In this document: positions 1 through 8,595 of the stretch, piece after piece
Layout: every line of letters begins with the position of its first letter
How positions within the stretch are numbered: the first letter of the stretch is position 1
Assembly (NCBI GenBank): GCA_041395445.1
Contig: JAWLAO010000009.1
Location: forward strand, 6,150 to 70,149
Origin: Gammaproteobacteria bacterium
Lineage (GTDB): Bacteria > Pseudomonadota > Gammaproteobacteria > Xanthomonadales > Marinicellaceae
DNA: 64,000 nt
Reading direction: 5' to 3'
Notes under the pieces: model-generated
Seen by the model: the letters and a program-made list of their open reading frames with translations, nothing else
What the model was told of the DNA's origin: nothing
Database searches by the model: none
Translations under genes and position numbers: made by a program

Positions 1-2
1 TA

Positions 3-107
3 GATTACATTGCAAATGACTCACGAGATGCAGAAGTTAATATTGTCATGTCAAATTCATTTGGGTTTGGCGGAACCAATGCAACCGTTGTGTTTCAAAA
101 AGTATAA
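3..107 (+). CDS. fabF: 3' end of beta-ketoacyl-ACP synthase II (start lies off-window)
   Basis: Frame 3 reads DYIANDSRDAEVNIVMSNSFGFGGTNATVVFQKV*. This carries the conserved C-terminal NSFGFGGTN motif of KAS I/II enzymes. It is absent from the ORF track because it is truncated and shorter than 60 aa. Confidence 0.8.
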   Translation, partial: DYIANDSRDAEVNIVMSNSFGFGGTNATVVFQKV

Positions 108-118
108 TCACAAAATTC

Positions 119-1426
119 GTGAAAAAACAATTTCGAGCCAAGCTGGAAACAGTTCCTGATTTACAAGCTCTGGCTCGAAGTTTCCCTAAGAAATTCCCGG
201 CATTACTCAATAGCCATATTGTTAACGAAATCACCGGTCGTTACAGCATTCTTTTTAAAAAATCAAAGGACATTCGCTTTGCCTATTCACAAGGGCAACT
301 CAATCGGTTATTTAAGAAGTTTGATAAGAAAATACCCAAATCTAAGAAAGATTTTCCCTTACCGTTTTATTCCGGTTGGTTTCTTTATCTAAGTTACTCT
401 GCAATCAAAGCGTGGGAAACCAAGTTACAAAATGTCAAACATGATGAAAGACAACCACTGGCTTTAGCTTTTCGCAGTCATTCGTCCATTGTTATCGACC
501 ATATTAAAAATCAGGCTTGGATTGTTGCTGACTCCAAAAAAAGACTCGGCAAACTGAAGAAGATACTATTGAAGCAAAAAACAATTCCGGTATCCGAAAA
601 TTCACAATTGAAATTACAAAATGATGACGTAGAACTCTACAAAAATAATGTGAGAAAAGTGATTGATTACATCAAAAAAGGCGATGTCTATCAGGTTAAT
701 CTGGCTCGAAAGTGGAATATTGAATCTAAAGAAAAAATTGATGTATTTTCGCTCTACCAATCGTTGTCAAAACACAATCCGGCACCATTTGCAGGCCTTT
801 TACAAACAGAAAATTTTTCGGTCATCAGTTCGTCACCAGAGCGACTCATAAAAGTCGAAAATCAAGTTATTGAAACACGCCCGATTGCAGGAACCCGGCC
901 TCGTGGAACTGATTTGGAACATGACAAACTATTAGTTCAAGAACTCATCAATCATCCCAAAGAACAAGCAGAACATATTATGCTTATTGATTTGGAACGG
1001 AATGATTTGGGAAGAGTTAGCCGCCCCGGAACGGTTAAAGTCAATGAGTTTATGACGATTGAGTCTTATGAAAAAGTTCATCACATCGTATCGAATGTAA
1101 TTGGGAAGCTGAAAAAGAACACCACCTATTATGATGCTATCAAATCCACTTTTCCGGGTGGTACTATCACCGGCTGTCCCAAAATTCATTGCATGGAAAT
1201 CATCGACGAACTTGAGGATTATCCACGCGGAGCTTATACCGGCTCGTTCGGATACATTACCGATGATGGCAGAATGGATTTAAACATACTGATTCGCACT
1301 TTTACATTAACAAACAACGAACTCACTCTTCATGCCGGAGCCGGAATTGTTTACGACTCCATTGCCGAGAATGAAGCCGAAGAGTCAATGCACAAGGCCA
1401 GAGCATTGATTAAGAGTTTGCAATAA
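119..1426 (+). CDS. pabB: Chorismate-binding enzyme, aminodeoxychorismate/anthranilate synthase component I family (probably PabB)
   Basis: 435-aa ORF with a GTG start. Motifs PIAGTRPRG, GAYTGSFGY and AGAGIVYDS are typical of component I enzymes. It lies directly after fabF. I cannot separate PabB from TrpE by eye. Confidence 0.65.
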   Translation: MKKQFRAKLETVPDLQALARSFPKKFPALLNSHIVNEITGRYSILFKKSKDIRFAYSQGQLNRLFKKFDKKIPKSKKDFPLPFYSGWFLYLSYSAIKAWETKLQNVKHDERQPLALAFRSHSSIVIDHIKNQAWIVADSKKRLGKLKKILLKQKTIPVSENSQLKLQNDDVELYKNNVRKVIDYIKKGDVYQVNLARKWNIESKEKIDVFSLYQSLSKHNPAPFAGLLQTENFSVISSSPERLIKVENQVIETRPIAGTRPRGTDLEHDKLLVQELINHPKEQAEHIMLIDLERNDLGRVSRPGTVKVNEFMTIESYEKVHHIVSNVIGKLKKNTTYYDAIKSTFPGGTITGCPKIHCMEIIDELEDYPRGAYTGSFGYITDDGRMDLNILIRTFTLTNNELTLHAGAGIVYDSIAENEAEESMHKARALIKSLQ

Positions 1427-1428
1427 AA

Positions 1429-1459
1429 AAAGCCTGCTGAAACTCAACAGGCTTTCTTC
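1429..1459. terminator. Hairpin between convergent pabB and the Tyr/His-rich gene
   Basis: AAAGCCTG (1429-1436) pairs with CAGGCTTT (1448-1455) around an 11-nt loop. An A-run precedes it and a T-rich tract follows, so it could act in both directions. Confidence 0.6.
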
Positions 1460-1477
1460 AACTTAGGTTTTATCGGC

Positions 1478-2044
1478 TTAGAATCTAAAATAGAAGTTTA
1501 TTCCGTAATCCCCATCGCCATATCTCCAGCCACCGTCGTATGGGTAGTTTGAGTAATAATCATAGTAATAAGACTGTGGATGAACAGTGACACACCACAT
1601 TCCATCATGCCAATGTCCGTACCCATACCCGGGACGGCTAAAGTAATATCCTAAACCTCTTAATGGACGATACTGATAACGGCTTTGATAATAAGGGCGA
1701 TAATTATTGTAATGACGGTAATTTCTGTAGCGGTTATTGTCATATCTTCTGTAGTCATGATAACCGTAATTTCTTCTGTGATTATTGCCATAGTCATGAT
1801 GACCATAATCTCTTCTGCTATCATGTCGATAGTTATTGTGTCTGTTATTATATCCGTAATTTTGGTGATTATTGCCGTATGAGTGTCGGCTCTCAGAATA
1901 GCCCCGATGCTTTCCACCAACGCTGTGCTTGCTCTGAGGCTTTCCTGAAAAAGAACCGTGTTTTGCATGTCCTTTGTCAGCAACAGCCAAAGTACTCAAT
2001 GCTAAAGCAGATACGAAAGTTAAAATGTATTTAAAATGTCTCAT
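1478..2044 (-). CDS. Secreted Tyr/His/Asn/Arg/Gly-rich low-complexity protein
   Basis: A Shine-Dalgarno sequence (AGGAG) lies 8 nt upstream of the ATG. The signal peptide is MRHFKYILTFVSALALSTLAVA. The mature part is low complexity. Three other-frame ORFs over the same DNA are compositional shadows. Confidence 0.75.
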   Translation of the reverse strand: MRHFKYILTFVSALALSTLAVADKGHAKHGSFSGKPQSKHSVGGKHRGYSESRHSYGNNHQNYGYNNRHNNYRHDSRRDYGHHDYGNNHRRNYGYHDYRRYDNNRYRNYRHYNNYRPYYQSRYQYRPLRGLGYYFSRPGYGYGHWHDGMWCVTVHPQSYYYDYYSNYPYDGGWRYGDGDYGINFYFRF

Positions 2045-2170
2045 AGTCGTTCTCCTGAAAAGATTACGACTCTAGTTTATGAAAATATTCCTGAATTTAT
2101 CCTGAATCAAAAAAAGCTGTTTATTTTAGGTTCAGGTTAGTATTTTAGATATGTTTCAATTCAATTGGAA

Positions 2171-2608
2171 TTAACTGTTTGTGGTTTTAGGTTTTTCAGC
2201 TGGTTTAGCTTTCATTTTATGGTTGATTTCATCCAGAACGACATCTAACTTATTCAATATTTTTGATTTAGTCTGTTCATCAATATATTTCGATTCCAAA
2301 GTGGTCTGAGCCCGTTTTAACAAATCATCCAGTTTCTTTTCCTGTACATCAATTGGCGACATTATGTCCTTGTCAGCATCATCAAACAGCCCAATCCATT
2401 TTTCAGAAACTTTGCCATAACTCAGCAAACGATACATATATCTTCCTGGTTGCTTTTGGTGCTTGATTAACCCAAAAACTGTTGCAAAAAACACGGCGGG
2501 CATTAATAACAAATCCCTAAAACCATCAACAATCAGTTTTAATTGCAGTACAAAAGTATCACGAATCACTTCCGAACGAGAGTGAGTTTTATCGACTTTT
2601 TTTGACAT
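2171..2608 (-). CDS. Hypothetical protein with one predicted TM segment and a K/E-rich helical tail
   Basis: 145-aa ORF with a hydrophobic stretch LLLMPAVFFATVFGLI. No motif recognised. Confidence 0.55.
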   Translation of the reverse strand: MSKKVDKTHSRSEVIRDTFVLQLKLIVDGFRDLLLMPAVFFATVFGLIKHQKQPGRYMYRLLSYGKVSEKWIGLFDDADKDIMSPIDVQEKKLDDLLKRAQTTLESKYIDEQTKSKILNKLDVVLDEINHKMKAKPAEKPKTTNS

Positions 2609-2673
2609 GGAAGTATGTTAGAAAATTAGAAGATTCAATTCTAATCAATTTGAAGAGAATTTAAAATAGGCTG

Positions 2674-3228
2674 TTAGTCATTTATTTTTTGTTCTGCACT
2701 ATCTTTGACAGGTCTCTTTTTCAGCTTTCTTTGTAATGTTCGACGATGCATATTCAACTGCTCAGCTGCTTTTGAGATGTTTCCGTCATTTTCCGATAAG
2801 ACTTTTTGCAAATGTTCCCACTCCAATCGTTTCACCGGTAATGGTTTTTCCGGAATTGGAATATCAGTATCCGCTTCTTCAATATTTAAAGCTGCCAAAA
2901 TACTGTCAACGTCGGTCGGCTTGGTTAAATAGTGTTTCACACCCAACTTAATGGATTCCACGGCGGTTGCTATGCTGGCATAGCCGGTTAATATCACAAT
3001 TGAAACTTCCGGAAATTCAGCCAATAAGAACTCGCAAACTTTGAGTCCCGAATCCTCACCAATCCGCAAGTCCACAACTGCTTTATCAGGATAAAACTTC
3101 TTGGTTATTTGTTCGGTTTGTGAAAAATTATTTGCCGTTTCAACAATAAATCCTCTGTTTCGCAAAGCCCCTGCCAGAACTTCACAAAATATCTCATCAT
3201 CGTCAATAACTAGGATTCTTTCTTTCAT
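2674..3228 (-). CDS. regA: Response regulator of the RegA/PrrA/ActR/RoxR family (receiver plus Fis-type HTH)
   Basis: Receiver domain (ILVIDDD ... AVVDLRIGEDSG ... LTKP). The C-terminal HTH is NISKAAEQLNMHRRTLQRKLKK, typical of RegA-type regulators. It overlaps regB by 4 nt. Confidence 0.85.
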   Translation of the reverse strand: MKERILVIDDDEIFCEVLAGALRNRGFIVETANNFSQTEQITKKFYPDKAVVDLRIGEDSGLKVCEFLLAEFPEVSIVILTGYASIATAVESIKLGVKHYLTKPTDVDSILAALNIEEADTDIPIPEKPLPVKRLEWEHLQKVLSENDGNISKAAEQLNMHRRTLQRKLKKRPVKDSAEQKIND

Positions 3229-4442
3229 GTTTGCAATATCGGCAATGAAATAACAATTTGAGTACCGGATGAATCCACATCTTTTACATTAATACTTCCG
3301 GAAAATCTTTGAATGGTTGCGTGAGCCAAAAACAGCCCCAAGCCCATGCCAAACTCTTTATCCGAATCTATCGGCTTGCCAAATTCTTCATCGAGACCTT
3401 TTCCATTATCTGTAATTATAAAATTTAACTCATCGGATGAAATCTCACTCTTAAGAACAACTTTTGTGGACTCTGCCTGAAAGGAATTATTGATAATATT
3501 TACCAAAGCCTGAACCAAAGTTTTATCTGAAATCATCTGTTGTTGATTGGTGAACTCACAAACTTTCGTTTCCAGTTGAACTGATTCTGGTGGATGAATA
3601 GAGTTCAGAACTTTTTCAATGAACTTCCCAACAGTCAACTTCTTGCCTTTAATAGCTTGTGTCGTTCCTGTTGAGGCTGTAATTTGTGTCAGAGAATCTT
3701 TACATCTGTAAACTTGAGATTCCACAATTTGTAATTGTTTATGAAAATCAACAAGTTGCGGATTCTTCAACATCTCTTTAATGATGATGTTTATGGTTGC
3801 CAGAGGTGTTCCCAACTCATGTGCGGAACCAGTTGCTAAAGTCGCCAAAGCCAGTATTTTATCATTTTTCGCCTGATTGAGACTCGCCTGCATCAGCTGG
3901 GAATCTTTTCTGCGAATATTATTTACTAGACCAATAATCACCCAAGATAACAACAAAGCAATGACAATAAAGCCAAGCCACATACCAATCAAATGCTGGC
4001 TAAAACTGGTTTGGTGATGGTTGTGATGCATACTTGCTTCCATACTTACAGGCTGAAAGAATTTAATCAGTAAAGTGTAGGATATAACAGCAGAAAGTGT
4101 CAGCAACCATGTGTGTTTTGAGCGTAACGTGGTAGCTGAAAATATGATTGGAATGAGCAAAAACCAAGTAAAAGGATTGCTCGAACCGCCGGTTAAATAA
4201 AAGAACAAGGACAGCTCAACAATATCAATCAAAAGCTGAAAAAAGAATATCCAGTCATTACTGTTTTTTCTTGTCAGCCAGAACAGTATATTTATCAAAA
4301 AATACATGCCGCTAAGAGTCAAAACTGAACTCGGATAAATGATGTTCCAGATGTTTCTGGTAGTAAACCAAACGACAATCTGACCGACTATCAGAAAATT
4401 TCTAAGCCAAAATGCAGTAACATGACGTGAAAAATGATTCAT
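3225..4442 (-). CDS. regB: Redox-sensing histidine kinase of the RegB/PrrB/ActS/RoxS family
   Basis: Multi-TM N-terminus containing GGSSNPF, which matches the GGxxNPF quinone-site heptapeptide of RegB. H-box SAHELGTPLA. YRCKDSL resembles the RegB redox-Cys box. C-terminal ATPase domain with the G-box GMGLGLFL. Confidence 0.85.
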   Translation of the reverse strand: MNHFSRHVTAFWLRNFLIVGQIVVWFTTRNIWNIIYPSSVLTLSGMYFLINILFWLTRKNSNDWIFFFQLLIDIVELSLFFYLTGGSSNPFTWFLLIPIIFSATTLRSKHTWLLTLSAVISYTLLIKFFQPVSMEASMHHNHHQTSFSQHLIGMWLGFIVIALLLSWVIIGLVNNIRRKDSQLMQASLNQAKNDKILALATLATGSAHELGTPLATINIIIKEMLKNPQLVDFHKQLQIVESQVYRCKDSLTQITASTGTTQAIKGKKLTVGKFIEKVLNSIHPPESVQLETKVCEFTNQQQMISDKTLVQALVNIINNSFQAESTKVVLKSEISSDELNFIITDNGKGLDEEFGKPIDSDKEFGMGLGLFLAHATIQRFSGSINVKDVDSSGTQIVISLPILQT

Positions 4443-4492
4443 TTGGGAATTTTAAACCACTTTGAGTATTTTTGTTACCTCAACGTCTTTGG

Positions 4493-4509
4493 TGCGACAA
4501 TTTGTCGCA
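4493..4509. promoter_or_regulatory. Perfect 17-bp palindrome, candidate RegA/RegR-type operator in the regB/TonB-receptor divergent region
   Basis: TGCGACAA-T-TTGTCGCA. The inner 15-mer GCGACAATTTGTCGC matches 14/15 positions of the RegR box GNGRCRTTNNGNCGC as I recall it. It lies 51 nt from the regB ATG and 63 nt from the receptor ATG. Confidence 0.45.
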
Positions 4510-4571
4510 TTTACCAATCCTGCCTGAACAAGTATCATGTCGCCCGAATTCGAATAAAAAATACTGAGAAC

Positions 4572-6638
4572 ATGAATAAAACCATATTGTCGTTACTTCT
4601 AACTTCATCATCACTTGCTTTCACACAAACCTTAACTGACAAAGAAGAGTTAGATAATATCGAAGTTATCGGACATGAAAACAACCAACAGAATATTGTC
4701 AAATTACTTCCGGAAAATGCTCAAAGCATCATCGACACGCCTGAAGTTCTGAAAAAAATTCCCGGAGCGAATGTCAATAGAAATGGTCCTCTATCCGGCA
4801 TCGCCCAATATCGCGGTTTATTCGGTAACCGCGTCAATGTTCAAATTGATAACATCACCATGCAAGAATCTTGCTCAAACTCAATGGATACTGCAATGAG
4901 CCATATTCCCGCTTCGATGGTTGATGCGGTGGTTTTAAAACGTGGAATTTCTCCGGTTAGTTCCGCTATCGAATCCATCGGAGGAAGTATTAGCGTTATC
5001 GCCAAAGAAAATATCAATCAGTCAGAAGCATTTCAATTGCATGGTGATGTCAGTTCAGGGTTTTCAACGGTTAACTCTGGCAAAAAAACATCAGTCCTTT
5101 TATCAGGCACATCTGAATTCCATAATATCTATCTCGGTTTTGATAGTGAAAGCGGTGACAGTTTTAAATTTCCGAACGGTAAAAATTACAGTACAGAATA
5201 TAACCGCGATTTCTATATGTTTGGCTACAACTTCAAATCTGATAATCAGGAACTCAAACTAAAACTCAACTATAACGATACCGGCAATACAGGAACGCCT
5301 TCATTACCAATGGACATTGTTTATGCTGAAGGTGGCGTAATTAGTTTGGAACATGCGTTAAGAGTTAATGATAGTTTATCTCTGAATTCGCAGTTCTCTC
5401 ATCAAAATACCGACCATTTGATGAACAATTATTTGTTTCGCTCCACTACAGATAAAAAAGACTCACTCACTCAAGTGAACAACAATAGCTACTCACTAAC
5501 AGCAAATTCCAATCAAGCTTTTGGGAATTTGACATTTGGACTTGAGGGAGATTTCACAGCTCATCAAGCTACAATTACAAATCCTGATAATCCTATGTTT
5601 AGTATTACCAATTTTGATACACGGAAATACAGGCACAGCGCATTTGCTGAACTTGAAAAGAAACTATCCGAAAAAATTCAAATGACAACCGGCTTGAGAT
5701 ACACTTTTGTGGATATGAGTGCTGCTGATGTGTATTCTTCCGTTTCCATGATGCAAAACTCTATGGGCAATTTGCATAGAGCCTTACAAGACAGATTCAA
5801 TAATTTAGATAGAAATATCAACGATAACAATCTGGATTTAGCCATCACTTTTGAGCAAAAGATTAATGATGACCTCTCTTTAGAATATGGTTTCGCGCGA
5901 AAAACTCGTTCTCCAAGTTATCAGGAACGCTATTTGTGGTTGCCTTTAGAAGCCACAGCAGGAATGGCAGATGGTTTGCAATATTTCGGAAATTTAAACC
6001 TCAAACCCGAGAAAGCCAACCAACTTGAGCTGGGTTTAAACTTCAGCAATGACAAACTGAGTTTCTCGCCACATGTTTTTTATCATGATATCAGCGACTA
6101 CATTCAAGGAACACCGACAACCAGCTCACCGACTCCACCAAATACTTTGACATTCAACAATGTGAATGCGGAACTTTACGGTGCAGATATGGAGTTCAGT
6201 TACAAATTCAACTCCAGTCTCACTTTGAATAACGTCACATCCTATGTTCGCGGAAAACGCAAAGATATTGACGATAACCTTTATCGAATTGCACCTTTGA
6301 ACACCCGAATTGAGCTGGTTTATGCCAATTCCAACTGGAGTCTATCTTCTGAGATTGTCGCTTATCAGTCTCAGGAAAATATTTCATCAACTAATAAGGA
6401 AAAAACAACTCCCGGTTATGGTTTGCTGAATTTAGCATCGAATATTAAACTCACTGATTCCGCAAATATCGCTTTTGGCATGAATAATGTTTTTAATAAA
6501 CAATATTACAACCACCTGAATGGTTATAACCGCAACAATCTGAATACAGATGTCGGTTTTGATGCTTCAAATTTACAAGCCTACAGATTACCGGGAGAAG
6601 GCAGAAATATTTATTTCAATCTCTATCTGCATTGGTAA
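4572..6638 (+). CDS. TonB-dependent receptor, OprC/NosA-like (copper type)
   Basis: Signal peptide MNKTILSLLLTSSSLAFT from the internal ATG at 4572. The ORF-track start 4434 would overlap the regB start. Plug motifs GIAQYRGLFGNRVNV; beta-barrel ending YLHW. CSNSM (Cys101, Met105) and HLM (His282, Met284) are present. Confidence 0.85.
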   Translation: MNKTILSLLLTSSSLAFTQTLTDKEELDNIEVIGHENNQQNIVKLLPENAQSIIDTPEVLKKIPGANVNRNGPLSGIAQYRGLFGNRVNVQIDNITMQESCSNSMDTAMSHIPASMVDAVVLKRGISPVSSAIESIGGSISVIAKENINQSEAFQLHGDVSSGFSTVNSGKKTSVLLSGTSEFHNIYLGFDSESGDSFKFPNGKNYSTEYNRDFYMFGYNFKSDNQELKLKLNYNDTGNTGTPSLPMDIVYAEGGVISLEHALRVNDSLSLNSQFSHQNTDHLMNNYLFRSTTDKKDSLTQVNNNSYSLTANSNQAFGNLTFGLEGDFTAHQATITNPDNPMFSITNFDTRKYRHSAFAELEKKLSEKIQMTTGLRYTFVDMSAADVYSSVSMMQNSMGNLHRALQDRFNNLDRNINDNNLDLAITFEQKINDDLSLEYGFARKTRSPSYQERYLWLPLEATAGMADGLQYFGNLNLKPEKANQLELGLNFSNDKLSFSPHVFYHDISDYIQGTPTTSSPTPPNTLTFNNVNAELYGADMEFSYKFNSSLTLNNVTSYVRGKRKDIDDNLYRIAPLNTRIELVYANSNWSLSSEIVAYQSQENISSTNKEKTTPGYGLLNLASNIKLTDSANIAFGMNNVFNKQYYNHLNGYNRNNLNTDVGFDASNLQAYRLPGEGRNIYFNLYLHW

Positions 6639-6673
6639 CCCTCGCCCTATTCTTTTCAATGCAGATATTTACT

Positions 6674-6703
6674 GAGAGAGCTTCGCGGAAGCTCTCTTTT
6701 TTT
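6674..6703 (+). terminator. Rho-independent terminator of the TonB receptor gene
   Basis: GAGAGAGCTTC-GCG-GAAGCTCTCT followed by TTTTTT. Confidence 0.85.
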
Positions 6704-6708
6704 AATGC

Positions 6709-8550
6709 TTATTCAAACCCATCTTCAAAAATAATATCACTGGCATAAGTTTCATCGGCTCCGACATCATAAGGATCACCACTAATTGTTGGGTCATCCC
6801 AGCCACGATTCTCAAAGTCCATATCTTTACCAAACAATAAATCAGATGCATCACACAAGTCTCTAACAGGAGAAGTTGCTGCAATATGATAATCTCTACT
6901 CGCCGGATTAACAAACTGAGGATCAAATGTTCCTGATGGGTTTAATGGAGGTGTAACAAAAGATGCTATCTCGTGTGCAATTAAACAACGAACATCGGTA
7001 CTTCCTTGAAAGGTTGAATTTATGACAGTTCCCGAACTGCTATCATGAACAATTGAGTTTTGCATTTTCAACTGCGAACCATTTGCACTATGTATCTGAA
7101 ACACAGCTATTTCTGCGTTGTTATCGGCAAATGTGCTTTCATAAACCTTTATGACAGCTCCTAATATAGCGCTAATGACATAGTTATCCAGATAACCTCC
7201 ATTTCCATTATTACCATTGTGGTTAAATACGCTATTATCAATTTGTACACCTGCAACATGTCCCGGTGTAACACCATCCGGAGTCCTCGCAGAAATCGCC
7301 GTTCCCGTCGCGGCTCTGTTATCTTCAAAAAAAGCATTGCTGATTTGCACATTGACACTAGATGCCACATTGGAGCTTTCTGTATAAATCGCTCCTCCGC
7401 TTCCTCCTTGTGTGCGATTTGCAGAAAAGAAATTACATCTTTCCTCGTTCCAGCATTCCTTGTTCGATCTCCTAACGAACAAATAGGATTTATCGAATAA
7501 AGCTATTGCTCCTCCCTGTACATTAGCCGTATTATTATAAATCCATCCATCCAGGATTTCCATATAAGTGTCTGTTCCTCCCAGATAGACAGCTCCTCCA
7601 ACATTAGCAGTATTCTGTGTTAGACTGACGGGGAGAGAATCAGGATCACCATTACATGTTGCTCCTATACATTGGTTTCCATTTAAAGAAATATACGAAC
7701 CACCTGTCGCATAGATTCCGCCGCCATTATTATCAGCTGTGTTTGAATCGATTCCCCAAACCGCCGGGATGGAAGATGATCCGGAATAGAAATTAATTAC
7801 ACAGCCATTACTATAAATGCCTCCTCCATTTCCACCGAGTGCACCGGATGCAATAGCATGATTGAATCTGACAGAAGAGTAATTGGAAATATTCATGTTC
7901 AAAGAAGTTCCTGCTCCGGATGTCACACAATATATTCCACCTCCTGAAAACCCTGCTAAAGCGTCATTGCTATAAAAACTTGAGTTTTCAATATCTACTT
8001 GTGTGTGAAATGAAGACGATTGATTGATGATAGCCAACCCTCCGCCACCGACAGCTGATGAGTTATTCTGAATTGAGACATTCTTAATTGTTAGTGAGCC
8101 ATTAACATGACTCGCATACAAGCCGCCACCGGGTTCTAAATCAGAATATCCATTCTCAATGACAAGATTTTCGAATACAAAATCTCTTGGAGATGAAATC
8201 GATCCGTTTATCCATATTACCGGATTATCACTGGACACCAACCCCTGAATTGTTGCTCTCAAATGATTATCACTGATATTGGCATTGGCATTGGCACAAC
8301 TTGTAAAGCCTCCGCGCATAGAGATTCCAGAAAAAAGAACCAGATTTTCATCATATGTGTTGCTAACAATCCTGACTTCTGTAGCTCCTCCAAGATTATT
8401 CAATGCAGTTGTTATATTTGAAAAATCACAACCACTTGCTGTTGAACCTACAGTTACAAAACCAGCTCCATTAACAACTTCAGTTTCTGCGTAAGCTAAA
8501 TTTCCTAATAATAAAATAATCAAATATATTTTTTTCACACTCCACTCCAA
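6709..8550 (-). CDS. Secreted parallel beta-helix protein with Pmp-like GGAI/FxxN repeats
   Basis: Signal peptide KKIYLIILLLGNLAYA. Repeated GGGLY/GGGIY/GGAVY/GGAIA/GGAIY tetrapeptides alternate with FYSND, FEDNRA, FADNNA and IYNNTA. C-terminal YDVGADE, then the protein ends IIFEDGFE. No beta-barrel or TM anchor is visible. Confidence 0.8.
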   Translation of the reverse strand: MEWSVKKIYLIILLLGNLAYAETEVVNGAGFVTVGSTASGCDFSNITTALNNLGGATEVRIVSNTYDENLVLFSGISMRGGFTSCANANANISDNHLRATIQGLVSSDNPVIWINGSISSPRDFVFENLVIENGYSDLEPGGGLYASHVNGSLTIKNVSIQNNSSAVGGGGLAIINQSSSFHTQVDIENSSFYSNDALAGFSGGGIYCVTSGAGTSLNMNISNYSSVRFNHAIASGALGGNGGGIYSNGCVINFYSGSSSIPAVWGIDSNTADNNGGGIYATGGSYISLNGNQCIGATCNGDPDSLPVSLTQNTANVGGAVYLGGTDTYMEILDGWIYNNTANVQGGAIALFDKSYLFVRRSNKECWNEERCNFFSANRTQGGSGGAIYTESSNVASSVNVQISNAFFEDNRAATGTAISARTPDGVTPGHVAGVQIDNSVFNHNGNNGNGGYLDNYVISAILGAVIKVYESTFADNNAEIAVFQIHSANGSQLKMQNSIVHDSSSGTVINSTFQGSTDVRCLIAHEIASFVTPPLNPSGTFDPQFVNPASRDYHIAATSPVRDLCDASDLLFGKDMDFENRGWDDPTISGDPYDVGADETYASDIIFEDGFE

Positions 8551-8595
8551 TTTTTTAGCGACATCATTCTAAACAAAATTGAATCGTATCACATA

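Noticed and set aside
1660-2034. Three additional ORFs (107, 123 and 65 aa) overlapping the Tyr/His-rich gene in other frames and on the other strand
   Set aside because: They are by-products of the low-complexity codon repeats. They have no signal peptide or RBS, and their composition is implausible (I/T/V/D-rich or Cys-rich). Only the 188-aa minus-strand frame has a Shine-Dalgarno sequence plus a signal peptide.
4434-4571. 46-aa N-terminal extension of the TonB receptor ORF
   Set aside because: It would overlap the regB start codon and read through the palindromic operator. The internal ATG at 4572 gives a normal signal peptide.
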